A DNA stretch of 63,776 nt, counting the filler. It is 6 parts of 6 records of this genome, joined end to end, with 100 filler letters (N's around TTAATTAATTAA, not from the genome) between each part and the next. Parts side by side here need not be neighbours in the genome. Positions count along the whole stretch, not along the records: positions 1 to 20,099 come from SRR20825010_1004; positions 20,200 to 41,783 come from SRR20825010_1018; 4 more parts are not named here. One strand, given 5' to 3'. Of this stretch, positions 18,707 through 27,922 are shown piece by piece. The first letter of the stretch is position 1, and every line of letters begins with the position of its first letter. Position numbers and translations under genes: made by a program. The notes beneath the pieces were generated by a model that was not told where the DNA came from, searched no databases, and saw nothing but the letters and a program-made list of their open reading frames with translations.

Positions 18707-19939
18707 ATGAGCGAATTACTGCCCCGCATTCACCCGGACGATTACTGCAACGAAGATCTGCCCACGCTCAGCCAGCCCTGGTGGCAGACACTGCCGTCCG
18801 GCTTTCACGCCATGCCGGATCACTTTCTGGCCGACAGTGACACCAGCTGGCGCATCAGCAGCACCGCCGCCGTGGACACCCTGGCGCGCACTGGCCTGGC
18901 CTGCATGGCCGGAGTGGCAGCGCTACCCGCCACCCTGAACGCCTCGCGACAGCGTGAAGAACGGGAACTGGCCGATTTCTACCGCCCGTTTCTGGCGGGC
19001 AGCGATCCCAATGCGTTTTTTACCCCACCTACCGCACAGGTGGACATCCACCGCACCCCGGTTTCCAGCTACCACTTTCAGCCAGAGGATGGCGACGCCC
19101 ACACCCTGCATTTTGCGTCGCCGTTTACGCCCAGGAACCCGGCCCTGAAAGATCGCTACCTGAACCACACACGTAACCGCACGGCCTGGGCGCAACACTG
19201 GCGCCACCACGATGGCCCGCGCCCCACGCTGGTAATGATCCACGGCTTTGTGGCCGACCCTTACTGGCTGAACACTCGCTGGCTGGCGTTGCCCTGGTTC
19301 TACAAACAGGGCTTCGATGTGCTGCTTTATACGCTGCCTTTCCATGGGCGGCGCAAGAGTCGCTTCGCTCCGTTCAGTGGTGCCGAGTTCTTCAGCCAGG
19401 GCATGGCCCTGCTCAACGAAACCTTCGCCCACGCCATCCATGACCTGCGCCTGTTCATGCAGATGTTGCGCGAACAGGGTTCCCCCGCTATCGGCGCCAC
19501 CGGTATTTCGCTGGGCGGTTACACCACCGGGCTGCTGGCTGCACTGGAAAAAGATTTGGCCTTTGCCATTCCCAACGTGCCCTTGGTGAGCGTGATCGAC
19601 CTGATGAAAAGCTGGTTCCCGATCAACCAGCAAGTGAAATTATTGAACCGGGTCTACGACACCAACACCGCCGGGCTTCGTGAAATTACTGCGCTGCATT
19701 CGCCGCTGACCTGGCCCTGCCAGGTGCCGCAGAGCGGGCGCATGATCATCGGCGGCGCCGGCGACCGCTTTGCCCCACCCAAACACAGCCACCTGTTACG
19801 CCAACACTGGAATAACTGCGATGTGCACTGGTTCCCGGGCAACCACTTACTGCATCTGGATCAGGGGCTATATCTGAAAGCCATGCGGGACTTTATGAAA
19901 GGCGCGCTGGCGGAACAAAAGGTGGGATTGAGCGCGTAG
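18707..19939 (+). CDS. Alpha/beta-hydrolase domain protein
   Basis: Strong SD AGGAGG before ATG 18707; MIHGF, LPFHGRR, GISLGGY nucleophile, GAGDRF, WFPGNH. Confidence 0.85.
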   Translation: MSELLPRIHPDDYCNEDLPTLSQPWWQTLPSGFHAMPDHFLADSDTSWRISSTAAVDTLARTGLACMAGVAALPATLNASRQREERELADFYRPFLAGSDPNAFFTPPTAQVDIHRTPVSSYHFQPEDGDAHTLHFASPFTPRNPALKDRYLNHTRNRTAWAQHWRHHDGPRPTLVMIHGFVADPYWLNTRWLALPWFYKQGFDVLLYTLPFHGRRKSRFAPFSGAEFFSQGMALLNETFAHAIHDLRLFMQMLREQGSPAIGATGISLGGYTTGLLAALEKDLAFAIPNVPLVSVIDLMKSWFPINQQVKLLNRVYDTNTAGLREITALHSPLTWPCQVPQSGRMIIGGAGDRFAPPKHSHLLRQHWNNCDVHWFPGNHLLHLDQGLYLKAMRDFMKGALAEQKVGLSA

Positions 19940-19951
19940 GCGCCCCCCCCT

Positions 19952-20099
19952 GTAGGAGCTCCCTTCCAGGGGACAAACCTCGCGCAGCACGGAATCGACC
20001 GAAGGGCGATAAGGCATTTCCGGGCTCGACAGGTCTCAAAAGAAAAGTCTCCCTCCGGTCGGCTCGCTACGCACGGTTCGTCCCCTGGAAGGGAACTCC
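19952..20099. repeat. GTAG-family REP doublet (REPIN-like hairpin), truncated at contig end
   Basis: GTAGGAGCTCCCTTCCAGGGGACAAACC at 19952-19979. The reverse complement of the contig end is GGAGTTCCCTTCCAGGGGACGAACC (2 mismatches over 25 nt). Arms extend imperfectly inward. Confidence 0.8.
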
Positions 20100-20199
20100 N
20101 NNNNNNNNNNNNNNNNNNNNNNNNNNNNNNNNNNNNNNNNNNNTTAATTAATTAANNNNNNNNNNNNNNNNNNNNNNNNNNNNNNNNNNNNNNNNNNNN
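20100..20199. other. Artificial contig spacer
   Basis: 44 N + TTAATTAATTAA (stops in all six frames) + 44 N. Confidence 0.99.
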
Positions 20200-21549
20200 G
20201 ATGTTCTCGCCGCCGGAAATGATGATGTCTTTCAGGCGGTCCTTGATCTCCGCGTAGCCATCCTCATGCCAGACGGCCAGGTCCCCGGTGTGGAACCAGC
20301 CGCCGCGGAATGCCTCTTCGGTGGCTTTGGGGTTTTTCAGGTAACCCTTCATTACTGTGTTGCCGCGCAGGAAAATCTCGCCAATGGTGGTGCCGTCTTT
20401 CGGCACTGCTTCCATGGTTTCCGGGTCACCCACCATCATGCCGGCCAGGGTATGGTAGCGAACGCCCTGCCGTGCCTTGATTCTGGCCCGGTCTTCCACC
20501 GGCAGGTCATCCCATTCGGATTTCCAGGCGCATACCGTGACCGGTCCGTACACCTCGGTAAGCCCGTAAACGTGGGTCACGCGAAAGCCCATGTTTTCGA
20601 TGGCTTCGATGACTTTTGCCGGGGGTGCCGCACCTGCGGTCATTGCCTGAACCGTATGGCTGAAGCTGGATTTTGCGGCGTCCGAAGCGCCCAGCAAGGT
20701 GTTCAATACAATAGGCGCACCGCACATGTGGCTGACTTTGTGTTCGCTGATCAGCTGCAGGATTTTCTCCGGCTCTACCTTACGCAGGCACACATGGGTA
20801 CCCGCAAAGGCGGTGATGGTCCAGGGGAAACACCAGCCATTGCAGTGGAACATCGGCAGTGTCCACAGGTACACCGGATGCATACCCATGGACCACACCG
20901 CCTGGTTGCCCATGGCGTTCTCATAGGCACCGCGATGGTGATACACCACGCCTTTCGGGTTACCAGTGGTGCCGGAGGTATAGCACAGCGAAATCGCATC
21001 CCACTCATCCGCCGGCATTTGCCAGTCAAAGGCCGGGTCGCCGCTGGCCACGAAAGCGTCGTAATCCAGATCGCTCACCTGGGTTCCGGCACCACTGAAT
21101 TCGGGGTCGTTGACGTCAATCACCTGTGGCGGGTTGTCGAGCATGCCGACGGCTTCGTTGATGACGTCGCCAAACTCCCGATCGGCAATCAGCACTTTCG
21201 CCTCGCCGTGCTCCAGCATGAAGGCGATGGCTTTGGCATCCAGGCGGGTGTTCAGGGCATTGAGTACTGCCCCCAACATGGGGATGCCAAAATGACACTC
21301 CAGCATGGGCGGAATGTTTGGCAGCATGGCCGCCACGGTGTCGCCCTTGCCGACACCTTTGTCAGCCAGCGCGGACGCCAGGCGGCGACAACGCTCGTAG
21401 GTCTGCTGCCAGTTGCGGCGTGTGGCACCATGAATCACCGCCGGGTATTCCGGGTACACGCTGGCCGTGCGGGCCAGGAAATCCAGCGGTGTCAGTGTGG
21501 CGTTATTGGCGTCGGTTGGCTCTAATCCCTTGTCGAAGATGGAGTTCAT
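20200..21549 (-). CDS. Acyl-CoA synthetase (AlkK-like AMP-binding enzyme), 3' truncated
   Basis: LTPLDFLAR, YTSGTTGNPKG, LPMFHCNGW, YGLTE, GWFHTGD, DRLKDIIISGGENI; runs into the spacer. Confidence 0.93.
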
Positions 21550-21603
21550 ACTGGTCTCCTGGTGTTGTTATCCAACACCTGACTATAGGGCACAGCCGAC
21601 GTT

Positions 21604-22989
21604 TCAGCGAGCCCCCGCAGCCGTTCGACGGGTATCCGGCTGATCCAGCCGCGCCATTTCCGCCAGCAGCTCCGAGGTCTTTTCCTTCATCAGGGCAATG
21701 TCCCCTCGTGACTCCACATTCAGCCGCACCAGCGGCTCCGTGTTCGACATCCGGAGATTGAACCGCCAGCGTTCAAACTCAACACTCAGGCCATCAACGT
21801 GTCCCACAGATACCGCATCGGCACCATAGATCTCCTCGATCACCGCAAGCAACCGGGCCGGATCATCCACCGTGCGGTTAATCTCCCCACTGGCGGGGAA
21901 AGCGTCAATGCGGGCGTCGATCAGCGACGATAACGGCTGCCCAGTCTGGCACAGGCGTTCGGCAACCAGCAGCCATGGAATCATGCCGCTGTCGCAGTAG
22001 GCGAAGTCCCGGAAGTAGTGGTGGGCACTCATTTCACCCCCATACAGGGCATCTTCCTCGCGCATGCGCTGTTTGATGAACGCGTGTCCGGTTTTGCTTT
22101 CGATAGGTGTTCCGCCAGCCTTTCGAACCAACTCCTGGGTGTTCCAGGTCAGCCGTGGGTCGTGAATGATCTTGCCGCCGTCTACCTTCTGCAGGAACTG
22201 GTCCGCCAACAGGCCCACGATGTAATAGCCTTCGATAAACCGGCCATTTTCGTCAAAGAAAAAACAGCGGTCGTAGTCGCCGTCCCAGGCGATCCCCATG
22301 TCGGCCCCTTCGCGCAGAACCGCCTCAGCCGTTACCGCCCGGTTTTCCTCCAGCAGGGGATTGGGAACCCCGTTCGGGAAGTGCCCGTCGGGTTCGTGAT
22401 GCAGTTGTACGAAATCAAAGGGCAGCCATCGTGACAACGCGTCGATGACCGGGCCCGCACCGCCATTGCCCGCGTTAACCACCACCTTCAGAGGGCCAAT
22501 CGTGGTGCCGTCGATGTATCCCAGCAAGTGATGGATATAGTCGGCCTCCACTGACAGGCTTTCCAGGCGCCCGGGAATGGCAGCATCCATAAACGGCTGA
22601 GAGACTCTGTCACGGATGGTGTTCAGGCCGTTATCCGAGCTGATGGGGCGCGATTCGCGGCCGACCAGCTTCATACCGTTGTGATCCTTGGGGTTATGGC
22701 TGGCCGTCACCATAATGCCGCCATCCATACTGTAATGACTGGTGGCAAAGTAGATCTGCTCGGTACCGCAAAGACCGATGTCATAGACATCTGCCCCCGC
22801 CGCCCTGAGCCCGGTGGTCAACGCTTCTGCAATCTCCGGGCTCGATAACCGGATGTCATACCCCACCACAACCCGGCGGGCACTTGTCAGCTCCACGTAA
22901 GCACGCCCGATTCGCTCTGCCAGTTCAGGATTCAACTGGTCGGGAACCCGGCCGCGCAGGTCATAAGCCTTAAAACAGGACACGTCCAT
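21604..22989 (-). CDS. manB: Phosphomannomutase (CpsG/ManB type; supplies the AlgC function)
   Basis: FKAYDLRG, phosphoserine motif TASHNP, metal motif DGDYDR, GEMSAHHY, RMSNTEP. Confidence 0.93.
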   Translation of the reverse strand: MDVSCFKAYDLRGRVPDQLNPELAERIGRAYVELTSARRVVVGYDIRLSSPEIAEALTTGLRAAGADVYDIGLCGTEQIYFATSHYSMDGGIMVTASHNPKDHNGMKLVGRESRPISSDNGLNTIRDRVSQPFMDAAIPGRLESLSVEADYIHHLLGYIDGTTIGPLKVVVNAGNGGAGPVIDALSRWLPFDFVQLHHEPDGHFPNGVPNPLLEENRAVTAEAVLREGADMGIAWDGDYDRCFFFDENGRFIEGYYIVGLLADQFLQKVDGGKIIHDPRLTWNTQELVRKAGGTPIESKTGHAFIKQRMREEDALYGGEMSAHHYFRDFAYCDSGMIPWLLVAERLCQTGQPLSSLIDARIDAFPASGEINRTVDDPARLLAVIEEIYGADAVSVGHVDGLSVEFERWRFNLRMSNTEPLVRLNVESRGDIALMKEKTSELLAEMARLDQPDTRRTAAGAR

Positions 22990-23073
22990 AGCTGTTTCTC
23001 CGTCTAACCTTCGATCAATGGCGCGGCCCACCCTGCTGCCCCTGGCGGTTTTGCAGAGCGGGCCGCGTTGGCC

Positions 23074-24537
23074 CTATACCTTTTCCGACATCACCGGAAT
23101 CTGCTCTTCCTCCACGTCCGGGGTGGGCGCCGCGCGACCGTACCGGTCGTCCAGGCGTTCAATGTCATCCTCGCCAAGGTAGGCGCCGGACTGGACTTCA
23201 ATCAGCTCCAGGGGAATGCGGCCGGGATTGAACAGCCGGTGTACCGCGCCGATCGGTATGTAGGTGGACTGGTTCTCGGACAGCAGGAACGTTTCCTCGT
23301 CACGGGTCACTTCGGCAGTACCCTTGACAATGATCCAGTGCTCAGCCCGGTGATGGTGCTTCTGCAACGACAGCTTCTCGCCCGGCTTGACGCTTATGCG
23401 CTTCACCTGAAAACGGTTGCCCATGTCGATGCTGTCGTAGCTGCCCCACGGGCGATACACCTGCCTGTGCGTGCGGGTTTCCGAGCGCTGGTCACCGTTC
23501 AGCCGCTTCACCAGTTTCTTGACGTCCTGCACCTTGTCCTTGTGGGCAACCATCAACGCATCTTTGGTGTCGACCACCACCAGGTCTTTCACGCCCAACA
23601 TGGCCACCAGCTTGTCCGAGGTGTGCACCAGGCAGTTGTTACTGTCTTCCAGGCAGGCATCACCCAGGATGGCATTGGCGTTCTCGTCCTTGTCGGTCAC
23701 ATCCCAGATCGTGGACCAGGAGCCAACGTCGCTCCAGCCTGCATCCATCGGCACCAACAAGGCTTTCGATGTTTTCTCCATCACTGCGTAGTCAATGGAA
23801 TCGTCCGGGCAATGCTCGAATATCTCGGCGGGAATACGGGTGAAATCCATGTCGCGCTCGAGGCTTCGGGCGGCCAGAAGACAGGTGTCGTAAATGTCCG
23901 GGCTGTGTTTCTTCAGCTCCGCCAGGTAGCTGTCGGCCCGGAACATGAACATGCCGCTGTTCCAGTAGTAACCACCGGCAGACAGCAGCGCGGCGGCTTT
24001 TTCGGCGTCCGGCTTCTCGATAAAGCGGGACACCGGCCGGGCAGCGCCGGGCGCCTCTCCAGACTGGCCCGCAGCGATATAGCCGTAGCCAGTCTCCGGC
24101 CGGGTTGGCGTAATACCAAACAGCACCAACCCTCCGGACCTGGCGGCTTCCTGCCCCTGGGCAACAGCCCGCTGGAACGCCTCGACATTTTCAATGGCAT
24201 GATCCGCGGGCAACACCAGCATGATGGCTTTGGGATCTTTTCGCGCCACTTCGATAGCGGCCATCGCGACCGCCGGGGCGGTGTTGCGGCCAAACGGCTC
24301 CAGCAGTATCGACAACGGTTGACGGCCTATGGCCTCCAACTGCTCTTTGACAATAAAGCGGTGCTCATCGTTGGCCACCACAACCGGCGACTCGGCGTCG
24401 TCGACCGGCAGCCGGCACAGAGTTTCCTGCAACATACTTTGTTCCCCCACCAATGGGAGGAACTGCTTGGGATAGGCCTGGCGCGAGAGGGGCCAAAGCC
24501 GTGAACCGTTACCACCTGAGAGTATGACTGGAATCAT
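23074..24537 (-). CDS. algA: Mannose-1-phosphate guanylyltransferase / mannose-6-phosphate isomerase
   Basis: PVILSGGNGSRLWPLSR, PKQF, GRNTAPA, FIEKP, C-terminal cupin RPWGSY...SLQKHHHRAEHW; within the alg operon. Confidence 0.96.
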   Translation of the reverse strand: MIPVILSGGNGSRLWPLSRQAYPKQFLPLVGEQSMLQETLCRLPVDDAESPVVVANDEHRFIVKEQLEAIGRQPLSILLEPFGRNTAPAVAMAAIEVARKDPKAIMLVLPADHAIENVEAFQRAVAQGQEAARSGGLVLFGITPTRPETGYGYIAAGQSGEAPGAARPVSRFIEKPDAEKAAALLSAGGYYWNSGMFMFRADSYLAELKKHSPDIYDTCLLAARSLERDMDFTRIPAEIFEHCPDDSIDYAVMEKTSKALLVPMDAGWSDVGSWSTIWDVTDKDENANAILGDACLEDSNNCLVHTSDKLVAMLGVKDLVVVDTKDALMVAHKDKVQDVKKLVKRLNGDQRSETRTHRQVYRPWGSYDSIDMGNRFQVKRISVKPGEKLSLQKHHHRAEHWIIVKGTAEVTRDEETFLLSENQSTYIPIGAVHRLFNPGRIPLELIEVQSGAYLGEDDIERLDDRYGRAAPTPDVEEEQIPVMSEKV

Positions 24538-24618
24538 CGTTCTGCTCCTTTGCTCTACAAAGACGTACCACAGGGACGTCCGTTGGCGTATTAATCTGGA
24601 CCCTTGAACCAGGGCCCG

Positions 24619-25803
24619 TTAGAACCGTTTACTTAGGGTGATGTTGCTGGGTGGATCCGGCTGCGCGCCCTCGGGCCACAGCGGGTCAATGCCGTACAGA
24701 TAGGAAATATCGCCACCCAGACGGGTGGATTTCATCGGCCGAAGTTCATCCAAAAAGGCGGGCATTCCCTCAACAGGTCCCCAGGCGGCCTGCCAGGGTT
24801 CCATCCAGGCCAGGGACCAGGCCTTATAAAGCCCGTCGACAATCTGCTCGTCTCCGGTGATGTCTTCAATTCGTTCCGGATCATCCAGCCCCGCGACGAC
24901 ATTTCCGGCCATTTTCGTAAACTGGTCCTGGTAACGCTCGTAAACAGAGTTGCCATTAACCTCGGCAAACAGCGCGATCATGGTCAGGGGCTGCATGGCG
25001 TAGTTCATGTATTCCAAGGCCCGGGTCTCCCGGCTGAGTTCCTTGGGCAGGTAACCGTCCTCATTGATCTGCCCCATGGCTTCATCGAACTTGGCCAGCG
25101 ACCAGTTCCAGTCGTCGCAGTCCTGGGTTGCCACCGATGCCGACATCACGGCCCAGGCGGCCCAGTAATCATGGTTGTTGACCTTCTTGGCTTTTCGATC
25201 CGTGTAGTAATCACGGACCCCATCACTCAAGCGCAGAAACCAGTCTTCAATTCGGCGCGCCCGCTCCAGGTCCATGGCGGCCTCCGGCGCCGACGTCCAC
25301 ATCCTGAGATAGGCGTTCGCAGCGGCTGCCAGTGCCCATTTGCGTACCGCCTGACCGACGTGATTGATGTCATCCGTCAACAGGGCATCCGATGACGCCC
25401 ACGCGTCGAGGTTGTCCAATACGCAATCCAGCGCTTCGGGGCCATCGCCATCAACCTGGTAGTCATCGGCGGCAGCGATAACAGCCTTCTCGAAATCACG
25501 CACGTTGCTGGTGGCCTTCTTGTACTCTTCATAGGCCTGCTTGTTCAGATTGTTGCGAGCGCTGTCACTGCCCTTGTACTTACTGGTCAGCGACAGCGAG
25601 CCGACGTGCGGCTCCACCCGCTCGCAGTCGTAGTCACCGCCATCCTTGTCTTCCGGCGTCTGGTAATAGCCCACCGGAGCACGCAGTTGTCCGTTCAGGC
25701 ACTGCCCGGCGTGAACGCTGCTCACACCAAAGACGGCGGTTATCGCCGCAGACAGCAGCACCCGGCCCCATTGTCGATGTTCAGAGCGTTGTTGGATTCG
25801 CAT
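24619..25803 (-). CDS. algL: Alginate lyase (PL5)
   Basis: Signal peptide, SKYKGSDSAR, RKWAL, NNHDYWAAW (NNHSYW-type motif), RALEYMNYA, RLGGD. Confidence 0.93.
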   Translation of the reverse strand: MRIQQRSEHRQWGRVLLSAAITAVFGVSSVHAGQCLNGQLRAPVGYYQTPEDKDGGDYDCERVEPHVGSLSLTSKYKGSDSARNNLNKQAYEEYKKATSNVRDFEKAVIAAADDYQVDGDGPEALDCVLDNLDAWASSDALLTDDINHVGQAVRKWALAAAANAYLRMWTSAPEAAMDLERARRIEDWFLRLSDGVRDYYTDRKAKKVNNHDYWAAWAVMSASVATQDCDDWNWSLAKFDEAMGQINEDGYLPKELSRETRALEYMNYAMQPLTMIALFAEVNGNSVYERYQDQFTKMAGNVVAGLDDPERIEDITGDEQIVDGLYKAWSLAWMEPWQAAWGPVEGMPAFLDELRPMKSTRLGGDISYLYGIDPLWPEGAQPDPPSNITLSKRF

Positions 25804-25836
25804 AACCATCCTCTCTATGCGTTGGATGAATGTGCG

Positions 25837-27261
25837 TCAGATGTCCTGACGGCGACAGATTTTCGTGGTTACCGTTAAGCCTTCCGAGACCTGCTCCGGT
25901 TTCAGCGCGAGGTCCAGCGACATGAACATTTCATCGTTCCAGTTCGGCCCTTCCGGGAGCTCGAAGACAAACCGGCCAGGGGTCTCAACCCGATCGCCGT
26001 ACTCCATATCCACGCGGTCCTTGCGCCCGAACACGTACCAGATGAAGGCATCAACCTCTTTCACCCCCGGGTCACTGAACTGCAGGTCGACGACGTATTC
26101 GTTGCTCGGCATTTCGATGAACTGTCCACCGCCGTTGTAGAGCACTTCGGTGGTCCCGGCCTTGACCGGCGTGGTTTTCTGCAACACCGGCTCCTGGCTC
26201 TCACAGGCACCACTGATCATCGGTGTGACCTGCCGATAGAACTCCGCACTGTCGAGGTTGTGGTAACCGGGCACCTCCCAGATCATGATCTTGGGTGGCG
26301 ACTCCCGGAAGTTGTCGGAAAGCAGATATTCGAACATTGAGCCGTCGTAGCTACCGCCGGCAACCGCCACGTTGAGCACCTCGACACCCAGAAACTCCTG
26401 CAGCGCCCCGACAAAGTTGTAGTCCTGGGCACCCTTACTGTTACTGGTGCCCACCAGGGTGATGGGGGGCAAGTCCTGGTCGCCAAACAGGGCGCTGGCT
26501 TCAGCGGATTGGCCGGTACCGGAGGACTCGGTGCGAAACTCGTCCACGTACTGCGAGCCGTACTCGAAACCGCATATCCGTTTAACCGCGTCCTGAAGCG
26601 ACCCGTCCTTTCGGATCAACCCGGACCGACGAGTCACGAATTCCTGCTGCGACAGCGACTGATAGGCCGGCATGTCCTTGATTCGCTCCGCCACGACCTC
26701 CGCGGTCCGCCGGGCACCATAAGGTGTCCAGTGGTGATCCCGCTTAAAGAAGAAGGCGTCTTCACGTGTCTCTTCGTCCAGAAGGGGCGTCAGGTCTGGA
26801 ACCACCAGCCCTGCCTGGCGAAAACGCATCAACGCGTCAGCGTAATTTTTACGGGCCACGTTCCAGCTGAACGGCACCGGCGATGTCGCGGGCAGATGAT
26901 TGGGATGAACCAGGCCTTTTGTCGGCTGAAACACCATCACCAATTCGGTACCGGTGGTTTGCTTCAGGTGCCTGGCAAAGCGCTTCAGGTGTTTCAGGCC
27001 TTCCAGGTTCGGCCCGAACTGCTCAACCAGTTCCGCTTCCGAACGGAACAGCCAGCCGTCTTTGCCCTGAACCAGCATCTTGAAGTTCTTCAGATAACCG
27101 GTGTCGTAGCTGGATGGGTATGCCGTGAGTGGGCACAGGTCACAACAGCGTTCGATGTTGTACTCGGGCAGCTCGGCGGCGCTGGCCTTTACACCCGCGA
27201 CGCTGAGCAGCCCGAGCGCAACCAGCGCCCATAATCCACGGCCTCTGAACACCTGCTTCAT
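25837..27261 (-). CDS. algX: Alginate O-acetyltransferase AlgX (SGNH-like domain + C-terminal CBM)
   Basis: CCDLCP, QGKDGWLFRS, FFKRDHHWTPYGA, LVGTSNS, C-terminal beta-rich domain ending ICRR. Confidence 0.92.
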   Translation of the reverse strand: MKQVFRGRGLWALVALGLLSVAGVKASAAELPEYNIERCCDLCPLTAYPSSYDTGYLKNFKMLVQGKDGWLFRSEAELVEQFGPNLEGLKHLKRFARHLKQTTGTELVMVFQPTKGLVHPNHLPATSPVPFSWNVARKNYADALMRFRQAGLVVPDLTPLLDEETREDAFFFKRDHHWTPYGARRTAEVVAERIKDMPAYQSLSQQEFVTRRSGLIRKDGSLQDAVKRICGFEYGSQYVDEFRTESSGTGQSAEASALFGDQDLPPITLVGTSNSKGAQDYNFVGALQEFLGVEVLNVAVAGGSYDGSMFEYLLSDNFRESPPKIMIWEVPGYHNLDSAEFYRQVTPMISGACESQEPVLQKTTPVKAGTTEVLYNGGGQFIEMPSNEYVVDLQFSDPGVKEVDAFIWYVFGRKDRVDMEYGDRVETPGRFVFELPEGPNWNDEMFMSLDLALKPEQVSEGLTVTTKICRRQDI

Positions 27262-27920
27262 ACCGATGTATCCACTCGGTTTTCAGCGACAACCAGCCTC
27301 GGCTCGCCACCAACGTCGATGGCAAATACGCTGAATACCTTGCCGCGCTGCAGATTGACTTCACTGGTGGTTGCCAGCGCCTTGTTGCTTTGGAAAGCGC
27401 CCAGCGCAATGCTGACGGCGTTGATTTCGCGATTGGCCACATCAAGGGAGCCCACTGCATCAATCACGGCTACCTTGCCGTCGGACGTCTTCAGAGTGAC
27501 CCCGCTATTGCTGGTCAGGTTGTAGAATGAAAGCAGTGCCTTGCGAGGGTTGTCGAAGGCGACATCCTTCATCACTTTCATCTCACCGGAATCCAGTACA
27601 ACCACGGTGTAGAACTCGTTCTTTTTCATGTTGACGGACGTCTTCTGACCGGCAACGTCCACCTGATAGTTACCCTCAGAAAGGTAAATGTAGGGGCTCG
27701 CCTCCAACGGCGATACTTCCTTGATCACCTTGTCGCCCACAGAGGCGCGAGCAATGGCGCCGCTGGCATCCGCGTTCACCACGCGAATGAAGGCCGCCCC
27801 GTCCGGTGCCTCTGCGGCATAAAGCGCGTCCTCGCCGGCCTGGGCCATGTTCATGGAGACCAGCAAACTGCTGATCAGGGCAAAAAAAGCGGTATGCATC
27901 AGTGCTCTCATTTTCATCAT
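27258..27920 (-). CDS. algF: Alginate O-acetylation protein AlgF
   Basis: Signal peptide then ALYAAEAPDGAAFIRVVNA; FYNLT, LKTSDGK, REINAV, LQRGKV. Confidence 0.92.
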   Translation of the reverse strand: MMKMRALMHTAFFALISSLLVSMNMAQAGEDALYAAEAPDGAAFIRVVNADASGAIARASVGDKVIKEVSPLEASPYIYLSEGNYQVDVAGQKTSVNMKKNEFYTVVVLDSGEMKVMKDVAFDNPRKALLSFYNLTSNSGVTLKTSDGKVAVIDAVGSLDVANREINAVSIALGAFQSNKALATTSEVNLQRGKVFSVFAIDVGGEPRLVVAENRVDTSV

Positions 27921-27922
27921 CC

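Noticed and set aside
20144..20155. TTAATTAATTAA recurring five times as a possible biological repeat or CRISPR-like unit
   Set aside because: Always centred in 44-N flanks; a synthetic six-frame stop linker.
20266..21525. 419-aa plus-strand ORF
   Set aside because: Antisense shadow of the acyl-CoA synthetase.
23068..24504. 478-aa plus-strand ORF
   Set aside because: Antisense shadow of algA.
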